A stretch of 63,994 nt of DNA, filler included, from Phoronis australis (GCA_002633005.1; 8 parts of 8 records of this genome joined end to end with filler, not necessarily neighbours in it); one strand, 5' to 3'; shown: positions 25,608-40,392, numbered from the whole stretch's first letter. The notes: generated by a model from the sequence alone, not told the origin. Numbers and translations are program-made.

Positions 25608-27272
25608 CTGAAATGCAAAACATTATAAAATGTCACTTGGTTGACTTAAAAATCCTACAGAGACTATCAGACGATGCATTCTGGGGTGCAATAAACTAAG
25701 TTCAGTCAAAACGGCGTTTCACTTCACTGACCTTTGAAAAACTGGCCTCAACTTGTTCCCTGCTTAGATTAGATAAAACATTACCAGGTCATGAAAAAAC
25801 CCGGTAGTTTGTTTGTTGTTTGTTGTCGGGAACGGGCTGACATTAGTTTTAGTTAACTCGAATCAGTCTTCTGTCTATTGTAGCACCAAAAACTATTAGC
25901 ACCGGTTGGTTACAACCTGCGCGCAACAATCCACGGAGGCCATTTTGTGCACCGAAAGTGTTATGGCCATCGCACCAACTCACTGGTTCTCTGCGTGACC
26001 GCTAGGGGATAGAGAACACGTAGTCTCCTACACAGACCCACGAGATTGGTTGGGGTCTGCTACAGGGCACTTTTCCATCCGCATTCTTGGAATATCATTG
26101 GCTGTTCCGATTTCAAGAAACAAGGCATTCTATTGGTCATTTGTATAGTAGGTCAAACTAGTTCACCAACATGGCGACTTCCAGTAAAAGAATGTCGATA
26201 GATTTACAGCCGTTTAAATCTCTCTGTTTTCGTCAAACTCTCGCATTTCAAAGCTAACGAGTCAAGGAATACATCACTAGTAACGTATACGAAACATTTT
26301 ATGATAATTATCTTGTATACTATGCTGGATTCTGAAGTGATGTGACTTTTTACGAAGAAATTAAGGCCACCCACAACGACTCTCAACACAACAGTCATTT
26401 TAGCATACTAATATAGCACCGAATAGTGGGAAAGGAGTAGCTGAGTGCTTCGCGGCCATGGGAGATTGTCTCGATCTTTTCAGAGCACACCCTCTCGTAT
26501 GTTAACATGTTCATGTTTGTCATGTATGCTCCCGTGATTACCGTGAAGGTTGAATTGGGTCAGATAAGGATATATGCTGAAATACTGCTATTCATGACAT
26601 TGACATTGTCATTGTAATGTATAATACACTGGCACACTTGTCACTACCCACAGAAGTTAGGAGCCTAAAAATAAAGTCAATGGTCCTAAACATACAAACA
26701 TTAACCAGTCTAGCAATAGTTTTATAATGACTGACATCGCTTTTGGCAGTGCCATTCAGCAGTGCCTCTGACTGCCATCCTACAGTTGTACGGAGTATTC
26801 AGTTATTTTGGAGGGTGTTTGTTGCTGTGAAATTAGGATTATACACACTCTTTTGTATAGTCAGCAAGATAAAACCTCACCCTTTTTTGAGTTGGCACAG
26901 TGATTAAAACTGACCCATTTTGGCGAGAGCCTCAATGGAAGAGTCAACTTTTCTGATAACATAATTATGCAAAGTTATTATTTACAGGGAATTGAGTTTC
27001 AGCAAAAAGCTCTATGGGTTGTATTCTTTTTAAAACAACAAACCTCAGTTGCATCTGAAACCTTCAGTGGTTTTGGGGCTAAAATGGATTATTTTATACA
27101 GTTCCAACCCAAAAGTAAATATTTTTGTGTGGAATTTATTTGGAAATTCACCCTTTCATGGTGACTTTTGCAATGCCCGAGTCACTGGTCAGAGTGTCAC
27201 ATTTGGTCATATGAAATCTATGCAAATCTCCTCTCTCCTGGACCCCGACTCGTCGACTGTTTCATTTTTTCT

Positions 27273-27372
27273 NNNNNNNNNNNNNNNNNNNNNNNNNNNN
27301 NNNNNNNNNNNNNNNNTTAATTAATTAANNNNNNNNNNNNNNNNNNNNNNNNNNNNNNNNNNNNNNNNNNNN
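27273..27372. other. Artificial contig linker (N44-TTAATTAATTAA-N44); also at 33491-33590, 40183-40282, 43937-44036, 50945-51044, 57090-57189, 62349-62448
   Basis: Identical 100-nt blocks; the 12-mer gives stop codons in all six frames. Confidence 0.95.
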
Positions 27373-27681
27373 AAGAGTATTTAGCCTTTTAGTCATGAAT
27401 CTACTGTGACTCTTTGATATTAAGTTTCAGTGATAAAGAATCAGAAGCCAGTATTTCACCATGAGTGTTGTAATCCATGTTGTGTTGACTCTGTGTGCCC
27501 AAAGAGGGCACTTGAATTGTGTGTAGCATGTTCATGGTTGGATGCATTGTTTTAGTCTGCGGGTAGTAAGCCCACTGTTAAATTCATCATACTCAGAGGG
27601 GGAGGGGGGTACAGAGGGTGATTCTCGGTGGTCACTGAAATATGGTGTTGTTCTTGTCCTTGTTTAGTGCTGTTCAACTAA

Positions 27682-27789
<108 letters not shown>

Positions 27790-28031
27790 TGACTTCTGAT
27801 CCACAGTTTTTACTGGACATAGTTGACAGTTACTGGCTACATGTCGGTGGCGTCTGCTTGTGGTGATGATTTCTGTCAGTATCTAATCTTGTACATTAGA
27901 AGACTACTCAAAATCTTTGCAAATGGCATTGAAATTTATAAAATATGTCAACAGTTTCGCATCAGATTTGCAACATAACCAGAAAACATTACAAGTTACA
28001 TATTATATAGCCATTGTTTATTTTGTTTCAG

Positions 28032-28111
28032 TGTATGACAAAGAAAAACAGGAGTTTGTATTGAACTTCAGGGGTCTGTCGTTTACATTCCCCATTGAGT
28101 CGAAATTTGAG
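28032..28111 (+). CDS. Ubiquitin-like protein, internal exon A (beta1-beta2)
   Basis: ttttgtttcAG acceptor, GTgagt donor; xYDKEKQEFVLNFRGLSFTFPIESKFE aligns with ubiquitin MQIFVKTLTGKTITLEVEP; phase-0 end fits the next exon. Confidence 0.65.
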
Positions 28112-28331
28112 GTGAGTAATTAGAAAAAAGTGAACATCAGTCACCTAGCCTTTAAAAAGCAGAATTTATTTCAAAGTTTCCAAAAATATGCCCCCTTTTC
28201 CAAGAATATACCCAGGCGTATATTTGATTTCATTTGATGTTTTTGAAAGATCGTTTTCCGAATATTCGAGCATGGGCTTGTTGTCGGAAATTCCCGGTAG
28301 TGTTTGAGCTCATATATTATTTTCTCATTAG

Positions 28332-28436
<105 letters not shown>

Positions 28437-30159
28437 TGAGTCTACTCACAAAATACTGGATAGGATTCTGTTAAAGTGCTCTAGAACACAACGTTCTGTT
28501 TAGTTGTTTTTAAACAAAAGAATTAAAATTGTAGTATTGGTAGACAGTGCTTGACAGCATAATAATTAGTCATTGTCGACATTATTGATGTTTGAAGCAC
28601 ATCTAGAACAGTGGCCTTAAATAAATTATCAGTCACCGTTGAATTCACTGCTATTTCTTTTAAGGAACTTTAATTCAGTGTCGTCTCCAGTAAGTAAGTA
28701 AATTTGTCCAAGCAAGTACGTCACTTTATTTTATTGGTAACTTGAATTTCCTTTCTCCCTTACTAACTATTGCTAAGTTAGCTTGAAAGAGACTATTGAT
28801 GCTTGCAGTAAGTCAGGCTCATCAAAAATCTAGAATAAGTATACTGGTGCTGGGCCGGTCACTTTTTTATCATCCATAAAAGGCTAAGGGAATTAAGTAA
28901 TAGTAGACGCCATTCTACATTTCTGGGGAGATTTTGACCAAACTTTCAAAAAGAGTGCTTACGAAGTGCCATAATGCATATCAGAATTTACAATTCGACA
29001 ATGTTCGCTAAATTTTGACCCGGCCTTGTTTTTCTTGCTTCCATGTAGGGAAATGTTCTTCTGTGTGTAACTCATCCTACATTTTATACAGGAGTTTGAC
29101 CAAACGACCATATCCTATGACCTATTCACTCCAGAGAATGTATCTCATTTGGTATCCTCAAGTACGCTAAGACAATGACGTCTGCCATGTTGTTAGCGAG
29201 GTGAAACAAGTTCAATGTGAAACATTGAATAAGGAAGGACCAAAAAGTTTTAAAGCCTAATTTCAATGGAACTTTGTTATTTTAGGTCCACTGAGCTAAC
29301 CGGATAGTCCTAGCAAAGCCCTAGCAAAATAATCACTCAAATATAGACCAGTCAAATAATAGGTGAAGTTGCCTTTCAATGCCATGTTGCATCACTGCAT
29401 TCAAGATTCCAGCACAAACAACAAAAGGCCGAAAACAGTTGTATTGAATAGGGGTCTGAATAGAACACCATTGTATGTGGGTGTTATTCACAGCTGTTTG
29501 GATTAAAAGGTGATTCTGGCATTGACTTAGATAAAAGCAGACCAATACCCCTAACAGTTCATTGCGTTTGGCAATTTATGGCTCTATTGGGCTCAAAGTG
29601 ATGCTTTTAACATGCTGTAGGAACCAAATTTACAGGTGTTACCATTCAAGATAGGCTTTAATAATTGTGACTGAGTTTATCTGCTTTTTATGTTGATTAT
29701 TGCCATCAAAATGTAAAGCAAAGAGAACTTCTGTTTATTAATGTGGGTCATAACCTGTTGATTTGCTTGGTTTATTAAATTTCGTATTTTAAGACATTTG
29801 TTCATACTTCAGGGCTCCACCTTTGCCAATCACTTGTTTCCATGGTGACTGTTTTTTGGAGTCCTTGGAAGTTGTTCGAGACAACCAAGTAACCAAAGGT
29901 GTGAGGATGAGCATAGTTACCGAAGGTAATTTGGGCTGACACAATATTCATTGATTGTTGTTTTCTCTTTGTTTTGAATTTCCATTTCCAAAATTTAAAA
30001 TTATCAAGAAGTATTGAATGTTTCAAGTTTTGGCAAAATATCCCTAAACACAAAGAGTGACTGATTTTTTTGATTGGTGGTTTCCTAAGCGGTTAAGTCA
30101 CTACTTTGGTGTGATTTCTACTTCTGTAACAAATACAAATTACCATATGTCTCAAACCC

Positions 30160-32332
30160 ATTTTTATGCCATCGTCTATGTCTGTCCGGCATTTGCTGCC
30201 CTGGATGGATGTTCAAGAAAATTTTCAGCTATGTGCCTATCATGGATGGGATGGCATGAGCAAATTTATGGACGGATCTGAAAACTGGTATGCCCCTAGT
30301 GGCAATTTTAGTTTTTTGTATTTGCCTCTGTATTTTCGGAGTTCCTGTGCAGATTTTTAGTATGGTTTCTGGTGTCTGTCTCTCTGTCGGCCAAATCACT
30401 CTAAGAATCATTATAAAAATTAGCATTATAACGATTTCTCACCGGGAGGTGCATGGCTGACGATGATTTTCAAACGGGTCTGACTTTATTCCTGCACGGC
30501 AGTGGCAATTTTTATGCACCCACATATTTATGTGTGGACACATGCCGTCATCTCCGTCCGTCCGGAGTCCGTTCGTCTATCCGGCGTCCGTCCGTCTGTC
30601 TATCCGGCGTCTGTCCGTCTATCCATCCATCCGGCGTCCGTCCGTCTGGCATCCGGCGTCCACTGCTCTATCTCCAAAACGCCTTGAAGTATGTTCATGA
30701 AATTTTGCACATGTGTTCCTTCCATGGATGGGGCGGCATGAGCGAACTTTCGGACAGATCCAACTACCGGTGTGCCCCCTAGTGCCAATTTTAGTTTTTT
30801 ACGTTTACCTCTGTATCTTCAAAAGTCTTAAACGGATTTTCATAAAATTTGGTATATAAGCACCTATTAGTGAGATGATGCCGTCCTTCTGTTTTCAGAT
30901 GGATTTGAAGTAGTTTGCGCCACCTAGTGGCCATTTTTACTGTTTTCGAGTCTGTTTTTTTGCGTCCACCCCTCTATCAACCAAACCGCTCAAAGGATGA
31001 TTGTGAAAATTGGCATGTATGTTCTTACTATGAAGTGGACGGCTGACGATGATTATCCGACGACTTCGACTACTGTGGCGCTTCCTAGTGGCAGTTTTGT
31101 TTTTTTGCGCCTGTGGCTGTATCCCCTAAACCGTTCGCAGGATCATTACTAAATTTATTAAGTGTATTTAAATGATGTTAACAATGAAGGGAACAACTTT
31201 CAGAGGGATCTGACTACTGGTATAGCTCTGTATGTTCAAAGGTCCTCAAGGTATTTTCATAAATTGTGGCATACAGGCATCAGTTAATGAGATGACGCTG
31301 TGTCTCCATTTTCAGATGGATTCGACCTAGTGTGCGCCACGTAGTGACCATTTTTACTGTTTTCGAGTCTGTTTTTGGCGTCCACTCCTTTATCATCCAA
31401 ACCGCTTTCAGGATAATTGTGAAAATTTGCATGTATGTTTTTACTAGGAAGTGGACGGCTGACGATGATTTTCTGATTTTCCGACGAGTTCGACTACTGT
31501 GTCGCCTCCTAGTGATAGTTTTGTTTTGTTTTGCGCCCATAGCTGTATCTCCAAAACCCACTGCAGGATCTTCATTAAATTTAGTAAGTGAATTTATATG
31601 AAGGTAACAGATGACGACTCTCAGGCGGCTGGAACAGACGCTGTGCCCACAAGTGACAATTTCATTTTGTTGTTTTCCTTTGTTTCTCTGAAGTTCCTTG
31701 GCAGATTTTTATGAAATATGACATTTTTTTGGATGGATTGTACGTTTTTGCACCATCTGGTGGCCATTTTTACGATACAAATAAATAACCCCAAAAGCAC
31801 ACCATTTGCGATGCATTCGTAGGTGCATTTCAATGCTCCGCATTGCTCTTGTTTTTTGCCTGTGGCTCAGTATTGATTCCTCGATGGATCTTCTTGAAAT
31901 TTGGCGCCTGTTTCTGTGGAGGAGAGTACTGCTGACTTGGATTTTGGGTCATTTTGTTTTTCTTTGCGTTTGCCTTGTTATCTACCTCTTTCCTTGATGG
32001 AAGTTCATAAAATTTCGTAAATAAGTCACTGTCACATAGGCGACAGCCCCTACTCTGTTTCACATGGATTTGACAAGCGTTACGCCCCCTAGTGGTCATT
32101 GTGCTGTTTTTTGTCCTTTGTTGTCGGCCTCTTCATCTTCCAAACGTCTTGAAGAGGCGTGATGAAAGGTGGCCTTGCTGAGGAGAGCATCTCTGACTTG
32201 CTTCCACCCCCTAGAGGCTCCTAGCATTGCTCCATTTAGTACGAATATTTAAAGGTAACGATCATCACTTGTGTCTGCACTGTATGCGATGTACACAGCG
32301 GGTGCATATCGACGATCTGCATTGCTCTAGTT
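30160..32332 (+). mobile_element. Helentron/DINE-1-like element (outer copy) hosting a nested family member
   Basis: tttttatgcc start with gtct/gtcc motifs, ccctagtggc internal units, 3' gggtgcat...gcattgctctagtt end. Confidence 0.6.
30510..31853 (+). mobile_element. Helentron/DINE-1-like (HINE) element, inner copy
   Basis: 5' tttatgcacccac sub-TIR, (cgtc/gtcc)n microsatellite, ~100-bp internal tandem units, 3' gtaggtgcat inverted sub-TIR plus caatgc-tcc-gcattg hairpin, T-rich flanks. Confidence 0.75.
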
Positions 32333-33077
32333 ATTGTTTATTATTGCATGAAAAATGCGTGGTTGAGGTATTTGTATTTTTTTTATTAAATAATGTTAGT
32401 GTACTGTTTGTACCAGATGGTCACTAGTGCCTATAATATGTCTTATGCCATTTGAGATAAACTAGACTATGACAAACTGTTTTCAGAAAAGGGACCTGGG
32501 TCAGACAAGAGGAGGACGGTAGAGAGAATAGTGAAATTTGGTGACACCTGTCAGGTAATGTGATGCACTTGTCAGGTATTGTGATATACCTCTCAGGTAG
32601 TGCGATAAATGAATGCTGGCAGAGGGGGTTTGTGGAGTGGAGTTTGTAACTTCCTGAAACCACCATGTGGCATAGTAGCTATAGTTCAGTGTTTGCACTG
32701 TCTCTTCTGTAGACCTTGGCGCTGATTGCTAAAACATTGGATTTCACAGTGAAACGGGTAGCAGGGATTCCCAAGAATATGTCCTTTTGCAGATATTTGG
32801 AAAACAACCTTTCAAAAATGTCAGATGAAGCTGAATAAATGGTCAGGTGTATATTTAGAAAGGGTTTTTTTAGAAATTGTCGTAACATTTTATGATGCCG
32901 TGTTTTAGCGAATACTTATCATTATTCACTCAGAATGAACTCGAGTTATTCGAAAAATGAAACGGCGTGATGTTTAAACAATTTTCTCACCAGACGGACT
33001 CCTACCCAAATGTACTAGTTTCCTTATGGTGCAAGGTTGAGTATTTTTGTCTAATCTGTCCTGTAAGCGATGTTTGA

Positions 33078-33350
<273 letters not shown>

Positions 33351-34065
33351 TGAAATCGTATTTACATATTTGTTGCTAATTGGTACAGCTATACAGTTAT
33401 ACAGTTATACAGTTAACATGATGCTTGAAAAGGCTAGATGTTGTCAAATTTGGTGAAGGCCAAAATCAAAAACCTTCAAGATTGAATGAANNNNNNNNNN
33501 NNNNNNNNNNNNNNNNNNNNNNNNNNNNNNNNNNTTAATTAATTAANNNNNNNNNNNNNNNNNNNNNNNNNNNNNNNNNNNNNNNNNNNNACCTTTGAAC
33601 ATTGGGTTTTACCCACTGAAAAAGCAATTCAAATTTTCAAGTTTAAAGATTCCGCAGTACGTGACAGCAAGGTTTACTTACTCCTATTGGATTTTTGTAA
33701 ACTTTTAAATGACATTTTCATAAATTCTTTTCATTTTGATTCTTTGCTAGCATCACGCTTACAAGACAGTTGAATATTCAGGTAGTATTCTATACAAGAC
33801 ACACAATACCATGGAGCCTTGTCACTAAGGAAAAAAATTTTGTTCTCGGTCGGATTAGGAAATAAACTGGCCTGTCATCGAACTTCATAACACCATTCTT
33901 AACTTTGAAATATGTTGTTTATTCTTCCAATATAACTTTGGCTTGTTTTCTCGCCGTAACCTTTCGTGGTCACGATGTCTGTGGGAAAATCACATTTTGG
34001 AGGTTTCCAATAGCAGACTGCTCTTCACCGTTTTATCATTGAAATGTAACTTTTGTAAATTACAG

Positions 34066-34147
34066 AATGACACTATTGACAAACTCATTAGCATGGTTGG
34101 GAAGGAGGTCGGTCTCAAATCCAAGGAAATGATATTGCTGTATGCAG
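34066..34147 (+). CDS. Ubiquitin-like protein, exon B
   Basis: tacAG acceptor, GTacat donor; NDTIDKLISMVGKEVGLKSKEMILLYAG corresponds to ubiquitin [28 protein letters not shown]. Confidence 0.8.
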
Positions 34148-34917
34148 GTACATGTAATCACTTAATATAGTAAACAGCATTTTCACTTAAGTGCTATTTT
34201 ATATTTTTGATAACAGCTGAAGTAAGCGACGTAGGCAGTATCTTTCACAATTACCACCATCTTAACAAGCGCGTACAGGGGAGGGGAAGAGCATGTTTCT
34301 AGATGACGTCATAAAAATGGTCATGTCAAGTAACACATGTCAACGTTAAATAATTACTTTTTCACACCGTGAAAATATGACGAAATATCAAACAGCAGAA
34401 TTGACGGCAAGATGTGTCCTATACACGGCAAAAGAGTTGTTTGAAGATAATGCTGTATTTTTATACCACGTCACTGAAAATTATTACTATAAGACCAGTG
34501 TCACAGACATGGACCTTGTAATAATAATAATGTCATTTCGTATGCTTTCGGGGGTCGCGGAAAGCAAACTTCCAGAGCATTTGCTAGACAAAAACGTTTC
34601 CAAAAATCACGCTTCAGTCATCTGAGAGTTTCAGTGCGGTCGCAGTCGGTTCCTTGTCGAAGTTAGAATCGAATTCTGCGCTTCAGAAGAACTGAGAGCT
34701 CGTCAGTGTTTGAAGCTATGCTTAGCACCCGAGTCGAGCCACCTTATATACCCTCCCCTCTACTGGTGCCTTGTCATTTAATCTCCGAGTCAAAGTCAGA
34801 CATATTAACGTATAAGCAATACTCTCAGATCAGTCTTCTCAATGAATCATAACTTATTTATTCGACAGATGATTTGTTTAAGGCAAATTTGAATAATGCG
34901 TATGGCAAATCGTTCAG

Positions 34918-35057
34918 GTAAACAGCTGGACTCAAATACGGCGAAAGACCAATACCTCGACGATTACGATATCCACAACCTCAGTACTCTTGTTCTGGTC
35001 ACCAGGGTGCGCGGCGGGCATAAAATCAAGGCAGCTTTGGTTCCACGCGAAAGATCT
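34918..35057 (+). CDS. Ubiquitin-like protein, exon C (di-glycine motif plus extension)
   Basis: ttcAG acceptor, phase 1 completes Gly; KQLDSNTAKDQYLDDYDIHNLSTLVLVTRVRGG-HKIKAALVPRERS; GTgagt donor at 35058 (or read-through to TAA at 35070-35072). Confidence 0.82.
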
Positions 35058-35134
35058 GTGAGTCAGCGTTAAAGATGTCATATAATTATTATTGTACCGT
35101 AGGGGTTGTGTCCGTAAGTGCCAACCAATTCGTT

Positions 35135-37312
35135 TTTTTTTTGCCCCCACATATTTATATGTGCATGGGTGCATATTACCGTCATCTCTGTCTGGGCGTC
35201 CGGCATCCGGCGTCCGGCGCCAGCAGCCAGTGTATCGCCTAAACCCCTCACAGCTTGATGATATTCTGCAGATGTGTTCCTAAGAAGCTGATGACGGATG
35301 ACGCCGAATTTCGGATGGATCCGACTGCCAGTGTGCCCCTAGTGGCAATTTAAGTTTTTTACGTTTACCTCTGTATCTTTAAAGGTCCTCAACGGATTTT
35401 CATGAAATTTGGTACATAAGCATATCTATTACTAAGATGACGCTATCCTCCATTTTTCGGTTGGATTCGAGTTATTTCGCGCCACCCAGTGGCCATTTTT
35501 TATTATTTTCGAGTCTGTTTTGGCGTCCGCCCCTCCATCAACGAAACCACACTAAAGATGATTTTGAAAATTGGCATAAGCCCTTTATGTTCTTATTGTA
35601 AAGAGGACGGTTGACGATGATTTTCCAACTTCGACTACTATAGCGCCTCCTAGAGGCAGTTTTGTTTTTGCGTCCACAGCTGTATCTCCCACGGCACGAT
35701 CTTTTTAAGTTTAACAAGTGTATTTATATGAAGTTGGCGACGAAGACTTTCAGACGGATCCGACGAACACTGTGCCCACTAGTAGCAATTTTGTTTTCTT
35801 CTGTTTTCCTCTGCTTCTCTGAAGTTCCTTGATGGATTTTTATGAAATTTGGTGAATAGCTTTCTATTAAAAACTATGAAATGTTCCCGTTTTCGGATGG
35901 ATTTGACGTATTTTGAGCCATCTAGTGACCATTTTCAATGTTTTCTAGTCTGTTTTGGGCGTCCGCCTTTGTTCCACCAAACCACCCCAAAGAGGAAAAT
36001 TGGCGTTTTTGTTTCTACTGTGAAGAGGATGGCTGATGATGATTTTCGGACCACTCAGACTACCTCCTAGTAGCAGTCTTTTGCATCCATGGTTGTTTCT
36101 CCCAAACTGTCTTCAGGATCTTTAATAAATTTGACAAGTGTACTTATGTGAAGTTTACAACTGACAACAATGACATTTGGATGGAACCGACTTTCACTGT
36201 GCCCTAGCCACCTCCCTAGTGGCATTTTTTTCCTGTCGTCTGTATCTTTGAAACTCGTTGGCAGATTTTTTGAAATTTAATAAGTAGGCTTCTATTAGGG
36301 AGACAACGACGCTTTCTTGTTTTCGGGTAGATTTGATGTATTCTGTCCGACTCTTTAGCCATTTTGACACTTTTGAGTACTTTTTGACATCACCCTATCC
36401 GTCCACCAAACCGCACGAAGTGTCATTAGAAAAAAAAAATGGAGATGTGTTCCTGAAGAGAGGACGGAGGGTGACGTTGGTTTTCGGACGTGTTCAACTA
36501 CTCTGGCCCCTCCTATTGGCAATTTTTGCGTCCACGGCTGTATCTCCTTACCCTTAGCAAGATCTTCCTGAAATTTTGCAGACGTGTTCCTATGGAGGTG
36601 GCAACTGATGACGGCCAGTTTTAGACCAAACCAACTACAGCTGTGCTCCATGATGGCAGTTTTATTTTTTACTTTTATTTCTGTAACTTCAGAGTTCCTT
36701 GATCCCTTTTCATGCAATTGGACAAACTTTTATTATGAAGACGACATCAACTTTCCTTTTTGTGATGGATTCGACGTATTCTGCACCAACTAGTGGTATT
36801 TTTAATTGTTTTTAGTCGGCTTCCTTGTCTTCTGCTTCTTTATTTCCCAAACCACGCAGAGCATTATAAATTAGCAGGTGTGTTCCTACTGAGAGCATGA
36901 CTGGTGTTGATTTTCAAACTGGTCCAGCTACTGTGGTGCCCCATAGTGACATTTTTTGCATCAAAGGCTGTATCTCCTAAGTCCCTTACAATATGTTTTT
37001 GAAATTTTGCAGTTGTGTTCTTATTTTAATAAAACTTGGCTGCAGATGGGTGGATTCGATTACTGCTGTGGTTCCTAGTGGCATTTTGTTTCTTTTTTAC
37101 CTTTTCTCTTGTATCTTTGGAGATCGTTGAGGGATTTTCATTAAACTTGGCAAATAATTTTGAGAGCCGATGACACCTTCCCATTTTTGGATGGGTTCAA
37201 TGTATTCTGAGCCATTTAATTGCCATTTTTATGATGCAAATATACACCCCTAAAAGCACATAGTTGCGGTGCCTTCGTGGGTGCATTTCAACGCTCAACG
37301 TTACTTTTGTTT
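35135..37312 (+). mobile_element. Helentron/DINE-1-like element
   Basis: tttgcccccacatatttatatgtg start, cgtccggc repeats, many ~100-bp ctagtggc units, 3' gtgggtgcatttcaacgctcaacgttac end. Confidence 0.75.
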
Positions 37313-37425
37313 TTATGTAGGCCTATTTACTGTAGTACGTCGTAAGACTCGAACACTTCGGATATTTTCGAAGTCTCAAAATTTGAGTAGGTGCACCATC
37401 AAAGGCCTAGACATCTTAATACTAT

Positions 37426-39535
37426 AGACCGGGCGCACGCGCTACTGCAGCTGGCAACTTGACACCATATTGGAGAGTGTTGCTAGTCACGTGACACGGC
37501 TAATTATGTAAACAAAAGGGGTAAGTTGTTCTTTTCAAAGCGCGATATCTATCAAATAAAGAGGCGGAAGAGTGTGATTTTTTCCAGAAACATAAAACAC
37601 ATGTGATGTCGCACTTACATGTACATGCGTTTTTTAAGTGTCAATCCGTCGACAGGGAAAATATCAAACTAATAGAAGATCGCAACCAGTGGCAAATTCT
37701 AGAATTGTCTGAGCCGTTGAACACTTGTTATCCACTGTGAGCGTTTTATTGTTCACGTTTTTTTTCAAGAGAAACCAGTAATATCGCGCAAATTTATCAT
37801 TTAATTCGTGTCGCTCGATGCAAATACATTATGTCCAGGAGACGTGCTGCTCACTTGGGACGTAGTGTAAAAATGGCCAGTTGCCAACTTGGGCAACTGA
37901 ACGACGGACTATTCGAAAAATTGTAATTGTCTTCGCTTCAGCCCAGCTTCCCACATTATATTCCTGGTCTGCACGCCGTTCAATATTTTCAGTCCCTAAT
38001 TGCGGCATATATTGAAAAAGCAAGATTTCCCTTGCCGCGCGTTCCTCAGGTGACCCCAAGACCTAAACATCCACGTATCGAACATTGTTGAAAGATCGCC
38101 AATTGCGGGTAGGGTTTCTCCTAATCTCAACCCCTGCGGAGGAACCCATAGTGGCGGATTTAGAGGGGAGCCAAGACCCCCCTAAAATTCTCCCAGATTC
38201 CATTTGGCAGTCCGGGGNNNNNNNNNNNNNNNNNNNNNNNNNNNNNNNNNNNNNNNNNNNNNNNNNNNNNNNNNNNNNNNNNNNNNNNNNNNNNNNNNNN
38301 NNNNNNNNNNNNNNNNNNNNNNNNNNNNNNNNNNNNNNNNNNNNNNNNNNNNNNNNNNNNNNNNNNNNNNNNNNNNNNNNNNNNNNNNNNNNNNNNNNNN
38401 NNNNNNNNNNNNNNNNNNNNNNNNNNNNNNNNNNNNNNNNNNNNNNNNNNNNNNNNNNNNNNNNNNNNNNNNNNNNNNNNNNNNNNNNNNNNNNNNNNNN
38501 NNNNNNNNNNNNNNNNNNNNNNNNNNNNNNNNNNNNNNNNNNNNNNNNNNNNNNNNNNNNNNNNNNNNNNNNNNNNNNNNNNCTCTGGAACGGGACGGGT
38601 TTTCAAGTACGTGAGGTCATTTTTCATGGGTCAAAAATTCTTCACATTAAATTAAGACCCTGTGAAAAAACTAACACGGGGTCATTTTTCATCGAGTCAT
38701 TATTTAATGCTACACTGACTCGGTTGGGTATATTTCCACTCGGTTTGGGAAATTTTGTATTTTGGGTATAGGTCGGGTGCGCAATTCAGTCGCACAGGTT
38801 TGATATTTTGGTTACAATGCACTTTACTTTTTTGCGCAAGTTTTGAGTCACAAAACAATGAGCTCGTAAGGAAGCAGTACAAATCCACAAAATTTCCAAT
38901 ATCAACTTTAACATAAGTACATGTACACATTTTGCAGGAATATGTTTGTTTTAATCCAACAGAAGAAATCTGACTTTGGAATACTTATTAAGAAATGAGT
39001 TTTTAAAGCAGTATATATTTCAACAGAGAATACATTATTCACTTGCATGTAGATAGGCCTAAACTGATTTCGATAGCTAGCGAGTAGGCTCGGGGATAAT
39101 ATTTTTCAGAACAAGTACAAATGATTGTCATTGATACAAAATATTTGCTTAAGTACAATTAACAAACAGCATCATCATTGGATAACGGCATATGGTGGTC
39201 AATAATTATTTTTTAATTGATCTTATATGGTCTCAATCACAAACACTGATGTGGAAACAACGCATAATCGCTCCGCTTAAACAATGGTGGCAGAACATAA
39301 AATCCTAGTGGCAACACCTCTTTACTCCATGGCCGAACCAAAAAACCCATGACTCAAAGGCAGGACCAAAAAACTTAAGTCTTTGGCTGCAAGCATAACA
39401 CTGCGAGTCCGCCGATTTTCTGACTGATGCCGTAGGGCTCCCAGTGTTTTCCGCCAGTTTTGTCTTGTTACACTCTCCAATATGGCGTCATATTGACAAC
39501 GCAAGCTGCATGTAGCTGAGAAGCGCGCCCGGTCT
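37426..39535. mobile_element. TIR DNA transposon with AT flanks (ISL2EU/IS4EU-like), spans an N gap
   Basis: AT-agaccgggcgc...ccatattggagagtgt and acactctccaatatgg...gcgcccggtct-AT form ~55-bp imperfect inverted termini. Confidence 0.7.
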
Positions 39536-40392
39536 ATGTGATGTCTATGATCAAAGGGTTCCGCGTTTTCCTGAAGTTCTACGGTTTGTGCTCGTCGTGG
39601 AAACCCCGTGTCAAGGATCACCTTGGTCTACACGACGTTCCTCTTGTGGAAACGTTACTTACGGAAGAATATTTGGGGGGGGGGGTTCGCAAACTTTGTG
39701 GTGACATGGAGAGATGCTTTGCGCCACCTGACAATTTATCTAGTAGGCAAGCACTCCGCTTCTATGCTTCGGTTGTTTAAATAAGTTCTATGGTAAGAGT
39801 GTTTCGTGATAAAAATATTCTCCAAAAGTGAAAAAGCTTTCGACCTGCACACCAAAGGGTAACACATCTTACAAAACTCACACGAATTTGAAAGTCTCTT
39901 GACAGCGTGTGAGCTACATCGTTCAATGACTTTTTGCCAGACGCGTCATGATATCATTCCAATATTGCTATAACGTTCATTACTTTTAGAAAGTGCACTC
40001 AGGTCTGACTTACACGCGTACTTTTTCGTTTTGTATCCTGTAAGTTCTTTTTGCTCAAAAGGGCTTACGCCTACTTAGTTCCATAATTTTCGCCCTCAAT
40101 CAAATATACATGTATCGCTATCAAGCACTAAATCGTTATAAGCTCTGCCACAATTATTTTTCAGCCATCGCCAATTCGCTACNNNNNNNNNNNNNNNNNN
40201 NNNNNNNNNNNNNNNNNNNNNNNNNNTTAATTAATTAANNNNNNNNNNNNNNNNNNNNNNNNNNNNNNNNNNNNNNNNNNNNACTGGATCCTCCCGCGAG
40301 AGAAGCGGCCTCGGGCTCGGCGAGTCAACCCAGTCATCCAACAGACGATCCTGAATTAAGAGCCGATGTTTCTGAATGATAAATATTGTCCT

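Noticed and set aside
26110-26400. Possible Crypton 5' fragment or promoter
   Set aside because: Resemblance too weak to support without a search
27317-27328. TTAATTAATTAA as a biological motif
   Set aside because: Always centred in identical 100-nt N blocks, so it is an assembly linker
38085-38771. Long ORFs spanning X runs
   Set aside because: Artefacts of translating N gaps
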